Source of the DNA: Armatimonadia bacterium
Lineage (GTDB): Bacteria; Armatimonadota; Zipacnadia; Zipacnadales; UBA11051
Reading direction: 5' to 3'
Assembly: GCA_039683575.1 (NCBI GenBank)
Contig: JBDKRC010000109.1
Location: forward strand, 1 to 27,457
Length of the DNA: 27,457 nt
Part shown: piece by piece, positions 1 to 8,987 of the stretch
Layout of the letters: each line of letters begins with the position of its first letter
Position numbering within the stretch: the first letter of the stretch is position 1
Made by a program: the position numbers and the translations under genes
Notes under the pieces: generated by a model
Told to the model about the DNA's origin: nothing
What the model saw: the letters and a program-made list of their open reading frames with translations, nothing else
Database searches by the model: none

Positions 1-568
1 TAACAAGCTCTCGTGGCGGGTCCCATGATCGCCCACCGTCCCGCGAGACCGTCATCCGCCAGCTACTCGTCTCCCACGTCGGCGCCTGCCGGTAGGACAC
101 GAACATCTCCCCCGGCAGGAGCTCCCACGGCTGCGGATACGAGGTCTTCAAGTCGGGCAGGGCCGCCACCGTCTCCCACTCCGTCTGGTCGTACGGCCGC
201 ACCGACCGCAGCACCCGCGACTCATGCCCGTGCGCGCCATAGAAGACGTGCAGGAAACCATCCGTGTCTATCAGCAGCGTGGGGTTGCGGTGCGCATCCC
301 CATCCGGATTGCTCCCCAGTACCACCGGGTACGCAAACTCCCCGGTCTGGTGGTCATACACGCTGATCGTCGGCGCATTGTCGGCGTTGCCATAGACGAA
401 GAACGTCTTGTTGACCTTTGCCGCATAGACAGCAATCGGCCGGTGCCACGCGCAATAGGTGGCCATCGGCCCAGAGTAAACCCACTCATGCCCCGGCAGT
501 GTGTTGACCTGATGTCCGCAGCAGTACCAGACTCCACGGCACTCGGGTGGCAGTTCGCGTTGGCTCAT
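1..568 (-). CDS. BNR-4 / Asp-box repeat protein (putative sialidase-like beta-propeller), runs off the left window edge
   Basis: Not in the ORF track because it has no stop in the window. Manual translation from ATG at 568 (GGAGGGA SD upstream) gives MSQRELPPECRGVWYCCG...YSGPMATYCAWHRPIAVYAAKVNKTFFVYG...DAHRNPTLLIDTDGFLHVFYGAHG...TSYPQPW...VSRDGGRSWDPP, open to position 1, with an Asp-box SxDGGxSW. Confidence 0.75.
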   Translation of the reverse strand, partial: MSQRELPPECRGVWYCCGHQVNTLPGHEWVYSGPMATYCAWHRPIAVYAAKVNKTFFVYGNADNAPTISVYDHQTGEFAYPVVLGSNPDGDAHRNPTLLIDTDGFLHVFYGAHGHESRVLRSVRPYDQTEWETVAALPDLKTSYPQPWELLPGEMFVSYRQAPTWETSSWRMTVSRDGGRSWDPPRELV

Positions 569-600
569 GTTGGCGTCCCTCCGGTACAACCTCGATCTTT

Positions 601-821
601 GTAGGCCGGGCGTCTCGCCCGGCTCCCGGCCCCACCCCGCGTAGTGCGGGCGTCTCGCCCGCTCCGCGTTCCCGTCGCGTACGATGCGGGCGAGACGCCC
701 GCACTACGCGGGGTGGGTGAGGTAGCACGGACCATGGATAACGGCCGGCGGGGCACGAGCCCCCTGCGACGCGGGCGTCGCTGCGCCCTACAGCCGGATG
801 CGGGCGAGACGCCCGCACTAC
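601..821. repeat. Cluster of GTAG-tagged REP palindromes (BIME/REPIN-like)
   Basis: GTAGGCCGGGCGTCTCGCCCGGC at 601-623 and GTAGTGCGGGCGTCTCGCCCGC at 641-662. Inverted copies GCGGGCGAGACGCCCGCACTAC at 686-707 and 800-821. 631-662 and 686-717 form perfect 32-bp inverted arms. Confidence 0.85.
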
Positions 822-834
822 GCGGCGAACCTTT

Positions 835-862
835 GCAGGTATACTCTGGAACACTGCGGAAT
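835..862 (+). promoter_or_regulatory. Sigma-H-like promoter (GCAGGT-N18-GAAT)
   Basis: AGGT 837-840, 18 nt, GAAT 859-862, 46 nt before the ATG at 905. The same geometry occurs at five other gene starts. Confidence 0.6.
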
Positions 863-904
863 GCATCGGTGTCCTAAACAGTCTTTGGAGGCAGGTTCCC
901 CCTC

Positions 905-1996
905 ATGCGGCTCCGATACATGGTCCTGACAATCGCCGTACTTGCCACAACCTGCGCCCTGGCGGCCGAGCTTGGCAATCTTCTGCCGCTCCAGCCACCG
1001 CAGGTGGTATTTACCCGCCAGGCCGGCGTATACCTGCGCCACGAAGCAGTCACGCAGCTTCGCCAGGGCGAGAACTGTCTCCTCTTCGATCACGGGCGTC
1101 TAGACGTAGACCCCGCTACAGTGGAATTCCGCGTCCTCTCACCCCGCGAGGGCGTTCAGGTGCTTGGCCGCCAGATCGCCGCCAACTCCGGCCAGAGCGT
1201 GTGGCTCGTGCAGGCCCGGCAGCCGGTCGAAGCACGCCTGCAGTTGACCTATGCCGCGAAGGCCCTCGAGACCGAGGTCTCATACACCCTGAACCTCCGC
1301 CCTGCGCGTCAGGACCTGACGCTCGAGGCCCAGGTTGCCCTCAAGAACGGCGGCAAGCTCAGCCTGCCGCAGGTTCAGGTCGTTCTGCCCTCCGGCCAGC
1401 GCCTCACCGCCGCTCTGGAGCCCGGGCAGACTGTCCAGCAGCGCCTGTTTCGCATTGAGGGCATTCCGTACCAGACCAGCTATCTCTATGACAACAGCCG
1501 CTTCAAGGACAGCGTGCGGGCCATCCTGACCATGCCGCGCGATGGCAACAGCGACTTCGACAAGCAGGCTCTCCCTGCGGGCAAGCTCAAGGTCTACGCC
1601 CCCGCTGCCGGGGACGCGGCCACTTTCATCGGCGACAACGCCCTGCCCTACACGCCCCGGCGCGAGAAGGTCGAACTGGACCTCGGCAACGTCTCGGAGA
1701 TCACGGTTCTGCGCACGAAGCTGCGGGGCGATCAGGTGAACGTCCGCACCGACGTCTACCGCAAGCTGGCGGTGTTTGATCTGGAAGAAGAGTACGAGCT
1801 TGAGTTTGCCAACCACCGCGCCGGACGCGTAGTGGTGGCGGTACAGGAGCACGTGCCCGGCGACTGGCAGGTGCTGAAGGCGACCCACGAGTACACCAGG
1901 CGTGACGCCGCAACGCTGGAGTTCACCGTGCCGCTGGAGCCCAACCAACTGACCAAGCTTCACTACAGCCTCAAGCGTCTGAACGTAGAGCCCTGA
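905..1996 (+). CDS. Secreted DUF4139-domain protein
   Basis: GGAGG SD and a signal peptide. C-terminal ALPAGKLKVY...FIGDNALPYTP..EKVELDLG...YELEFANH...VAVQEHVPGDW...LEFTVPL resembles DUF4139 proteins. Confidence 0.7.
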   Translation: MRLRYMVLTIAVLATTCALAAELGNLLPLQPPQVVFTRQAGVYLRHEAVTQLRQGENCLLFDHGRLDVDPATVEFRVLSPREGVQVLGRQIAANSGQSVWLVQARQPVEARLQLTYAAKALETEVSYTLNLRPARQDLTLEAQVALKNGGKLSLPQVQVVLPSGQRLTAALEPGQTVQQRLFRIEGIPYQTSYLYDNSRFKDSVRAILTMPRDGNSDFDKQALPAGKLKVYAPAAGDAATFIGDNALPYTPRREKVELDLGNVSEITVLRTKLRGDQVNVRTDVYRKLAVFDLEEEYELEFANHRAGRVVVAVQEHVPGDWQVLKATHEYTRRDAATLEFTVPLEPNQLTKLHYSLKRLNVEP

Positions 1997-2068
1997 GACG
2001 CTTCAGTTTCCATCGTCCGCCACCTGTTCCCGTCGCACCCGCAATACCCGCTTCTGATTGGTCGCACT

Positions 2069-2767
2069 ATGTCTGGAAACGAAAAGAAACCGTCTCGCCG
2101 CAAGCTTCCGACCGCTGCGCCCAAGACCTTTGAGCGCGAGGCGTGGGGGAGAGGCATCCGTTATATCGCCGGCGTGGACGAAGTGGGCCGCGGGGCGCTG
2201 GCCGGGCCCGTGGTGGCCGCTGCGGTGGTCATGCCGCCTGACGCCCACATCCCGCACGTGACCGACAGCAAGCTGCTGCTGCCAGAAGAGCGCGTGATGC
2301 TGGCTGAGAAGATCAAGAAGGTCGCGGTCACCTGGGCCATTGGCATGTGTCCGGCGCCGATGATAGACGCCTGCAACATCCTCCGCGCCACCTATATCGC
2401 CATGCGCGAGGCCATTCGGGCACTCGAACCGCCGCCGGAGCTGATCCTGGTCGACGGCTGGGCCCTGCCGGACATCGAATTCGACCAGCAGAACCTCATC
2501 GGTGGGGACCGCCGCAGCTTCTCAATCGCCGCCGCCTCGATCGTGGCCAAAGTCACTCGCGACCGCATCATGTGCCATCTGGACACGCTGTATCCGGAGT
2601 ATGGCCTGGCCAATCACAAGGGCTACTCCGCGGCCAGCCACTTCGAAGCCATCCGGCTGCATGGCCCCTGCGCCGTCCACCGCATGAGCTTCTCACCCTT
2701 CACCACCGAGCCTCAAGAACAGTTTGATTTTGACGATGACGATGAAGGTGAGGAGACGGGGATCTGA
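2069..2767 (+). CDS. rnhB: Ribonuclease HII
   Basis: IAGVDEVGRGALAGPVVAAAV, DSKLL, ILVDG, SIAAASIVAKVTRD, NHKGY, HRMSF; acidic C-terminal tail. Confidence 0.97.
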   Translation: MSGNEKKPSRRKLPTAAPKTFEREAWGRGIRYIAGVDEVGRGALAGPVVAAAVVMPPDAHIPHVTDSKLLLPEERVMLAEKIKKVAVTWAIGMCPAPMIDACNILRATYIAMREAIRALEPPPELILVDGWALPDIEFDQQNLIGGDRRSFSIAAASIVAKVTRDRIMCHLDTLYPEYGLANHKGYSAASHFEAIRLHGPCAVHRMSFSPFTTEPQEQFDFDDDDEGEETGI

Positions 2768-2867
2768 CGTACGTCTCAACCTCTGCGGTGCATTATTCCC
2801 ACTCACCTGGGTATAATATTGCTATCATCCGGCGCAGGCCACGCCGCGTCACTATGGGAGGGACATT

Positions 2868-3506
2868 GTGCTGATTTCCCGCCGGCGGGGCTTCACGCTG
2901 ATCGAACTCCTGGTTGTCATCGCCATCATCGCCGTGCTCGCGGCGATTCTCTTCCCCGTATTCGCTCGCGCCCGCGAGCGCGCCCGCTCCATCCGCTGCG
3001 TCTCCAACCTCAAGCAGCTCGGCTCCGCTATCCGCATGTATATGGACGACTACGACGGCTACTTCCCGTGGGCCGTGGACCCGGCCGATAGGAACCTCCC
3101 CCAGATCTGGAACGGTTTCCCCCAGTGGCAGTCCTGGATCGCGTACATGCCGCTGATGCACCAGGTAGTGGACCCGTACGTCAAGAACCGCGAAGTCTGG
3201 CACTGCCCGTCGGATAAGGGCTACGATGTACTGGAAGACACCGGCCTGCCCCTCCCCGCCCATCCCACCGGCTTTGCGACCTTCGGCACCAGCTACATGT
3301 ACCGCACCGAAATCACGTTCCTGCAGGCCTCGCAGGAGAGCATGCTGGATGCGGTCGGCACCAATGTGTTGTTCGACAGTGATGGGGATTGGCACGGCGG
3401 GGGGGACGCCGAGGATGGCCGGTGGAATATCCTCTACGGCGACGGGCACGCCAAAACCGCGAATCGGTCACAGTACGACAAAGCCTGGCATACGGCGATA
3501 CACTAA
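2868..3506 (+). CDS. Prepilin-type N-terminal cleavage/methylation protein (DUF1559-like, H-X9-DG type)
   Basis: GTG start with GGGAGGGA SD and TATAAT at ~2812. [49 protein letters not shown]-terminal H...[11 protein letters not shown]. Confidence 0.9.
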   Translation: MLISRRRGFTLIELLVVIAIIAVLAAILFPVFARARERARSIRCVSNLKQLGSAIRMYMDDYDGYFPWAVDPADRNLPQIWNGFPQWQSWIAYMPLMHQVVDPYVKNREVWHCPSDKGYDVLEDTGLPLPAHPTGFATFGTSYMYRTEITFLQASQESMLDAVGTNVLFDSDGDWHGGGDAEDGRWNILYGDGHAKTANRSQYDKAWHTAIH

Positions 3507-4186
3507 GTGCCGTCTGGGATTCTGATTTCCTGAAGCTTGTAGCGGTATTCAGGCCGCAACCGCGTCACAATAACCCCGTTCGGCTCCGTCGCATGTCGTA
3601 CGAACCATGCCACATCGTTGCGGCCATAGCGCGCAGTCTTCCACCGTTTGAGCTTGACGAAGTCGTACACCATGCCGTCCGCGCCAATGATGCCTACATG
3701 CCAGCAGGCTCCGGGATATGGGGCGTACCATGGGGAATGTGCCACTGACACCGCATCACCCGGCAGCAGCGGGCTCTTGTGATCCCAGACGAGGTTCTGG
3801 AAGTACTCGGGGTTGCTCCCTAACAGATGCCTCTCCGAGGCGCGCCTGAACCGCGCCTTCGCTCCCAGCCCCTCATCCATCACGCATTTGACGAAGTCAG
3901 AGCAGTCATTCCCCTCGTCCCGTACGCCAAGCCCGAGCACGAACTTGCCCATTGGCCGGGTCTCGTATAGCTCGATAGCGGCCTTGCCGATGGCGACGTT
4001 CAGCGGCTGCTGGCCCGGATGCTCGCGCAGGAAGTGCCTCCGTGCCCGGCGCTCACGCTCTTGTGCCGACTCCATGTGCGGCAGCAACATCGTGTACATG
4101 GCCGGGGGCCGGAACCGGTAGAGATAGGCCCCGACCATGGCTACAGCCACGATGATGAGCGCAATTGCGGCACGTTTGTACTTCAT
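3503..4186 (-). CDS. Membrane-anchored NlpC/P60-like (papain-fold) cysteine hydrolase
   Basis: N-terminal hydrophobic anchor; GNDCSDFV (catalytic Cys), LLPGDAV, WHVGI (His), then VYDF. Starts 2 nt after the upstream gene's stop. Confidence 0.65.
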   Translation of the reverse strand: MKYKRAAIALIIVAVAMVGAYLYRFRPPAMYTMLLPHMESAQERERRARRHFLREHPGQQPLNVAIGKAAIELYETRPMGKFVLGLGVRDEGNDCSDFVKCVMDEGLGAKARFRRASERHLLGSNPEYFQNLVWDHKSPLLPGDAVSVAHSPWYAPYPGACWHVGIIGADGMVYDFVKLKRWKTARYGRNDVAWFVRHATEPNGVIVTRLRPEYRYKLQEIRIPDGT

Positions 4187-4188
4187 TG

Positions 4189-5217
4189 CTACTTACTCAG
4201 CACCAAATCCGCCGCCACCAGCCGGTGATCGGATACCTTCCCATCCCTCGCAAACGTCTGCACCGGCTTCGGGCCGTCCTTTACGAAGATATGGTCAATC
4301 CGCACCATCGGCCGCTCTCGCCGGTAGGTCAGCCCCCAGCCCCGCCCGGCCACGAACGCGTTGGTCGCCTCCGCTGAGATGCGCCGGTAGATCTCCGCAT
4401 TCGGCGGCGTGTTGAAGTCCCCCGCCACGATCTTGTTCTCCCCCGGCTCCTGCAGCCACTTCACCACCGTCGCCGTCTCATTCTCCCGCCCCTCTCGCGT
4501 GTGGTCCAAAAAGCCCGCAAGGTCGTAGCTGTTCTGCTTCACCGTCCGCCCGGTGAAGGCCGTGATGAAGTGTACGTTAAGCACCCGCACGCGCCCCTGC
4601 GGCAGGTCTATCACCGTCTCCAGCCCATGGCGATAGTTCGGGTACGCCCCCAGCCTCAGTGCGCGGCTGCTCACAATCCTGCCCCGCGTCAGTGTCGTGA
4701 CTTCATGCGTGTGCGCTGCCTGCGCCCCCGGCAGCACCTCGGCGAAGTCCTTTCGGCGCGCCTCCTGCAGGCAGACGATATCCGGCTTCAGGCTCTCCAG
4801 CACCTCGCGCATCTGCGGCGTCTCGTGGTAGCTCTCGTGTACGTTCCACGTCACGACCCGCAACGGCTGTTTCCCGCCAAGCCGGGCGCGATGGGGGATC
4901 GTCGGCGGTAACAGTGCCACTATTCCCACCAGCAGTAGCACAGCGTTCCCTATCACCAGCCTCCGTGCCCGCGCCAGCAGCGATAGCAGCACCATCGCCG
5001 CCATCGGCAGCAGCAGGGGCGGCTGGGGCATGTACACGAGCATGAAAGTCAGGTGATGCTCTTCGCCAAAGGACTTCTCCGCCACAATGATGATGGTAAG
5101 ATACACAAACACCAGCAGTGTCCCCAGCAGGCAAAGCACCCGCGCGCAGCCGCACCCGCTATGGTGCCGCCGCCGTGGCCGTCGCTGGTTGTGGCCCCCC
5201 GGCTCGTGCTCTGCCAT
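4189..5217 (-). CDS. Endonuclease/exonuclease/phosphatase (EEP) family membrane protein
   Basis: Start reassigned to ATG 5217 (AAGGGAG SD, TATAAT upstream). About three N-terminal TM helices, then VVTWNV, DIVCLQE, NVHF, IVAGDFN, RIDHIF, SDHR. Confidence 0.9.
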   Translation of the reverse strand: MAEHEPGGHNQRRPRRRHHSGCGCARVLCLLGTLLVFVYLTIIIVAEKSFGEEHHLTFMLVYMPQPPLLLPMAAMVLLSLLARARRLVIGNAVLLLVGIVALLPPTIPHRARLGGKQPLRVVTWNVHESYHETPQMREVLESLKPDIVCLQEARRKDFAEVLPGAQAAHTHEVTTLTRGRIVSSRALRLGAYPNYRHGLETVIDLPQGRVRVLNVHFITAFTGRTVKQNSYDLAGFLDHTREGRENETATVVKWLQEPGENKIVAGDFNTPPNAEIYRRISAEATNAFVAGRGWGLTYRRERPMVRIDHIFVKDGPKPVQTFARDGKVSDHRLVAADLVLSK

Positions 5218-5291
5218 GGCTGCTCCCTTCGGGCTCATTATACAGGCGCAGGCGAAATAGATGAACCCGGTCGTTGCTGGTAGCGCGCCCG

Positions 5292-5319
5292 GCAGGAATC
5301 TCACCCTCTCCCGGCGAAC
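5292..5319 (+). promoter_or_regulatory. Sigma-H-like promoter (GCAGGA-N18-GAAC)
   Basis: AGGA 5294-5297, 18 nt, GAA at 5316, 34 nt before the ATG at 5350. Confidence 0.6.
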
Positions 5320-5349
5320 CCTCCTCCACTTCTGCGCTGGAGGCTCACA

Positions 5350-6066
5350 ATGAACTTCATTGACTACTCCCGCTCCTTCGTCACCTTTCAGGTGCCCGGT
5401 AACAACGCCCGCATTCAGGTCGAAGCCCGCTGCGTGCTTACTGCCCCCGACGGCTCTTCCCAGCAGTTCCTGATGTTTGCCTCCTGCAAGTCGGAAGACA
5501 CTTATGCCGAAGATGAGCTCTTCCGCGTCCCCAACTATGACTTCTCCGGTATCTTCGGCGAGCACGACTACTGCATCGCCCGCATCCACGCCTGCACCGA
5601 CGACGAGCAACCCGACGTCGGCACCATCGCAGGGCGCTTCAGCGGGCTCGTACGCCACCTGTGCGACGTCCCGCGGGTCACGCCCCTGACCGACAAAGCC
5701 TCCATCATCCGCGCCACGCTGGACCACAAGGTCATCATCGGCCGGACTGAGCTGAGCGATGGTGAGGGCACGGTCGCGGTTATCGAGTACCCCGTCAAGA
5801 CGATGAACGTCAACCCCGACCTTCAGATGTTTCAGACCGACACCGGCCCGGTACCGCTATATAGCTTCGGCAGCGAGGCCCCCGACGCGATGTCCCGCTT
5901 TGAGTGGGCCTATGTGGCCTTCAACGACTTCACTGGCGCCGAGTTCGTCATCCAGCGACCCACGCCGATCATGTGCGAGGGCAAAGTCGTCGCCACTACC
6001 ACCCATTACTCCGAGATCCGCCAATCCGATCAGGCCGTGAACACCCTGTACGCCCTTGAGGACTGA
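5350..6066 (+). CDS. Hypothetical protein
   Basis: GGAGG SD, codon usage typical of + strand genes, and 1 nt gap to the next ATG. Motifs such as ASCKSEDTY..LF..PNYDF and IEYPVKTMN; no function recognised. Confidence 0.8.
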   Translation: MNFIDYSRSFVTFQVPGNNARIQVEARCVLTAPDGSSQQFLMFASCKSEDTYAEDELFRVPNYDFSGIFGEHDYCIARIHACTDDEQPDVGTIAGRFSGLVRHLCDVPRVTPLTDKASIIRATLDHKVIIGRTELSDGEGTVAVIEYPVKTMNVNPDLQMFQTDTGPVPLYSFGSEAPDAMSRFEWAYVAFNDFTGAEFVIQRPTPIMCEGKVVATTTHYSEIRQSDQAVNTLYALED

Positions 6067-6067
6067 C

Positions 6068-6913
6068 ATGCCCGATACCGACCGTCCCCTGAATGTCCTT
6101 GTCTTCGGCGCCCATCCCGACGACTGCGACCTCCGCTTCGGCGGCGCGGCCATGCTCTATCGCCAACATGGTCACAACGTCCGCTTCGTATCGCTCACCA
6201 ACGGCGACACCGGACACCACGAGATCGGCGGCGGGGACCTCGCCCGGCGCCGCTATGCCGAGGCCCAGGCCGCCGCCAAAGTCGCCGATATCGAGTATCA
6301 GGTCGTGGACATCCACAATGGTGAGCTTGACGCCTCCGTGCCCAACCGCAAGCTCGTCATTCAGATCATGCGCGAGTTCAAGGCCGACCTGGTCCTGTGC
6401 CACCGCGCCAACGACTACCATCCCGACCACCGCGCCGTCGGAACTCTCGTACAGGACGCGGCCTATACCGTCACCGTCCCCAACGTCGCGCCGCTGACCG
6501 AGCCCCTCAGGATGCCACCGGTCGTCGGGTACATGTTCGACGACTTCCAGGATCCCACACCCTTCCGCGCCACCTTCGCCGTGGACATCGAGGAGGTCAT
6601 GGAGCGCAAGATAGACATGGTGCGCTGCCATGTCTCGCAGATGTACGAGTGGCTGCCATACGGCGATGGCATCCTGGACAAGGTCCCGGCCGACGACGCC
6701 GGTCGCCGCGAGATGACCCGGGCCAACATGTACCGCCGTTTCGGCCACCAGGCCGAAAGGTGCCAAGAAGCCCTCGTGCGCTGCTACGGCGAAGAGCGCG
6801 GCAAGGCCGTCAAGTGGTGCGAGGCCATCATGATCTCGCAATACGGCCTCGCCCTGCGCGACGATGCCTGGGATCGCTTCTTCCCCTTCTTCCCAAAGCG
6901 CTCGGCCTTGTGA
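6068..6913 (+). CDS. PIG-L / LmbE family N-acetyl deacetylase
   Basis: VFGAHPDDCD, SLTNGD.G, RR..EA, DYHPDHR metal-binding motifs; ATG at 6068 with GAGGA SD. Confidence 0.92.
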   Translation: MPDTDRPLNVLVFGAHPDDCDLRFGGAAMLYRQHGHNVRFVSLTNGDTGHHEIGGGDLARRRYAEAQAAAKVADIEYQVVDIHNGELDASVPNRKLVIQIMREFKADLVLCHRANDYHPDHRAVGTLVQDAAYTVTVPNVAPLTEPLRMPPVVGYMFDDFQDPTPFRATFAVDIEEVMERKIDMVRCHVSQMYEWLPYGDGILDKVPADDAGRREMTRANMYRRFGHQAERCQEALVRCYGEERGKAVKWCEAIMISQYGLALRDDAWDRFFPFFPKRSAL

Positions 6914-6957
6914 CAACGCGGAGCAAAGGGCGGGAGGGCTCTCCAGAGACCGGCCTG

Positions 6958-7749
6958 ATGCCTGACATCATTGACTTCGTCCTAATCGCCGACGCCCACG
7001 TGCAGGACGGCGACGCCCGCACCCTGCCGGGCATCATCGACCGGATCAACGCCCTTGACCCGTTACCGCGGTTCGTCGTCTCCCTCGGCGACAACATCTA
7101 CGGCGCCGCCCACCGCGACGGCCCCGCCGATATGCGCCTGTACCACTTCCACATCCAACGCCTGAAATGCCCCCACTACTACGTCCTCGGCGGCCATGAT
7201 CTGGAGCCGGTAGAGGTCTTCCACCAGCTAACCTGGCCCGAGCTACTGGCAATCTGGGAGCTGCCCAGCCGGTGGTACAGCTTCGATCAGGGCCCGCTCC
7301 ACTGCTGCGTGCTCGATTCATGGGCACATCTCCAGCCCGAACTGCTCGCCGAACAGCTCACGTGGTTCGCTGACGACCTAGCGACCTCGACTGCCCCCCT
7401 CCTCGTCTTCACCCACGAGGCTCTCGGCTTTCAGCAATCGGACCTGCCGCTGTGGGTCAATGAGGACAACCGCAACTTCTGGCCTCCGGGCAATCCCTTT
7501 GAGAGGCTGCTCGAAGCCCACAGCGACCGCCTGCTCGGCGTCTTCGCGGGCCACAAACACCGCTGCCTGCACAAGTGCCAGAACCTGATCGACTACCACC
7601 TCGTCGCCCCGGCCTTCCGGCACGGCGGGCAGTTCGCACAGGTGACACTGGAACTGAACGGTCACTGGGCAGTCCATGCGCACCCGCCCTCCCGCCCGCA
7701 GGGCCCCGAACACGACATTCAGCAGAGCTATCGCCGCAAACCGTCGTAG
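6958..7749 (+). CDS. Calcineurin-like metallophosphoesterase
   Basis: Start reassigned to ATG 6958. IADAH, LGDN, LGGHD (variant of GNHD), FTHE, AGHKH. Confidence 0.88.
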   Translation: MPDIIDFVLIADAHVQDGDARTLPGIIDRINALDPLPRFVVSLGDNIYGAAHRDGPADMRLYHFHIQRLKCPHYYVLGGHDLEPVEVFHQLTWPELLAIWELPSRWYSFDQGPLHCCVLDSWAHLQPELLAEQLTWFADDLATSTAPLLVFTHEALGFQQSDLPLWVNEDNRNFWPPGNPFERLLEAHSDRLLGVFAGHKHRCLHKCQNLIDYHLVAPAFRHGGQFAQVTLELNGHWAVHAHPPSRPQGPEHDIQQSYRRKPS

Positions 7750-7768
7750 GACGGGCCTCTCGCCCGTC
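7746..7768 (+). repeat. GTAG-tagged REP overlapping the TAG stop codon
   Basis: GTAGGACGGGCCTCTCGCCCGTC; its TAG (7747-7749) is the stop of the upstream gene. Confidence 0.75.
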
Positions 7769-7790
7769 AACACCCGCGAGGTACCCCCCC

Positions 7791-8861
7791 ATGACCATGC
7801 GCGAACGCATGCTCGCCGTCATCCACGGACAGGAGCACGACCGCGTACCCTTCGTCCAGTACGACGGCATCGCCGCACCCAACACCGAAGTCTGGGATCT
7901 CGTGGGCCGCGACAACCTCGGCGTTCTGCGCTGGAGCGCCCTGCACACCCTCTACGCCCCCAACTGCAGCATCGAAAGCGAGCAGATCAGCCTCAACGGC
8001 CGCCCTGCCCTGCGCAACACCCTTTTCACCCCCGCCGGCGCTCTCACCCAGGAGCGCCTGTACGAGCCGGTCTTCCACACCACCGCCGCCCACACCCACT
8101 ACGTCAAGTCCATCGCCGACTATGAGATACTGATCGCCTACCTGCGCGACTTGAAGGTGGGGGAGAGCACTGATGGCTTCCACCAGTCCCAGCGTGACCT
8201 CGGCGACGACGGCCTCCCGATGCCTGCCGTCATGCGCACGCCCTACCAGCAGCTTTGGGTGCAGTGGGTGAGCCTGCAGGACCTCTGCCTGCATCTCGTA
8301 GATGCCCCGGACGTAACGGGGGAGTGCCTCGAACTGCTGGCACAGCTCGAACTGCAGGTCTTCGAGGTGGTCTATCAGGTAGCGCGGCGCGAGCCCATTC
8401 ACTTCGTGGACATCCCCGACAACATCACCGCCCCGACCATCGGCGAGCGCTACTTCCGCCAGTACTGCCTGCCGCTCTACCAGCGCTTCGCGGACATGAT
8501 GTCCTCTCTCGACGTACCCGTCTTCGTCCACATGGACGGCGACCTCAAGCCCCTGTGGAGCGCCATCGCCGAGTCCGGCATCCGTGGGCTGGATTCCTTC
8601 TCTCCGCCGCCGGACAACGACACCTCGGTTGCCCAGGCCCTCTCTCTTTGGCCTGAGATGCGCCTGTTCATGAACTTCCCCTCCTCCGTCCACCTCGCCG
8701 CCCCTGAAGCCATCTACGCTACCACCATGGACCTCCTCGCCCAGGACAACCACTCCGGTCGCCTGCAGATACAGGTCTCCGAGAACGTCCCCCCGGGCGT
8801 CTGGCGCACCAGCTACCCGGAAATCATCCGCGCCATCCACGACTTCGCCCAATTGCGATAG
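7791..8861 (+). CDS. Uroporphyrinogen decarboxylase (UroD/MtaA-like TIM-barrel) family protein, not true HemE
   Basis: Start reassigned to ATG 7791 (GAGGT SD). MTMRERMLAVIHG..DRVPF, TPAGALT, YVKSIADY, DIPDNIT, YFRQYCLPLY, FVHMDG. Confidence 0.75.
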   Translation: MTMRERMLAVIHGQEHDRVPFVQYDGIAAPNTEVWDLVGRDNLGVLRWSALHTLYAPNCSIESEQISLNGRPALRNTLFTPAGALTQERLYEPVFHTTAAHTHYVKSIADYEILIAYLRDLKVGESTDGFHQSQRDLGDDGLPMPAVMRTPYQQLWVQWVSLQDLCLHLVDAPDVTGECLELLAQLELQVFEVVYQVARREPIHFVDIPDNITAPTIGERYFRQYCLPLYQRFADMMSSLDVPVFVHMDGDLKPLWSAIAESGIRGLDSFSPPPDNDTSVAQALSLWPEMRLFMNFPSSVHLAAPEAIYATTMDLLAQDNHSGRLQIQVSENVPPGVWRTSYPEIIRAIHDFAQLR

Positions 8862-8914
8862 TCATGCACGCCGGACATTCCCGTCGGCCGCTCCCGCAGC
8901 GTCAACCTCGCCGG

Positions 8915-8942
8915 GAAGGTGCCTCGCGCCTTCTCGTCGAAA
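8915..8942 (+). promoter_or_regulatory. Sigma-H-like promoter (GAAGGT-N18-GAAA)
   Basis: AGGT 8917-8920, 18 nt, GAA at 8939, 49 nt before the GTG at 8988. Confidence 0.5.
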
Positions 8943-8987
8943 CCCCTCCAGCGACCAGCGCATCTCCGCTTGCCCGAGGTGTCCTTA

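Noticed and set aside
4189-5727. ORF-track N-terminal extensions (4189-5727, 6397-7749, 7575-8861, 19625-22708, 24753-26210)
   Set aside because: The extensions overlap other genes or repeats. Downstream ATG/GTG starts fit the domain boundaries or signal peptides better, and most have SD sequences.
6061-6070. Selenocysteine or readthrough at TGA stops
   Set aside because: Here the next gene starts in a different frame with its own start, and no TGA-terminated gene in the window shows a domain split across its stop.
6934-6960. Seventh sigma-H-like motif (AGGG-N18-GATG) before the metallophosphoesterase
   Set aside because: Both boxes deviate and the -10 would overlap the start codon.
7791-8861. 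Assignment as hemE
   Set aside because: Lacks the HemE MRQAGR signature; only fold-family similarity.
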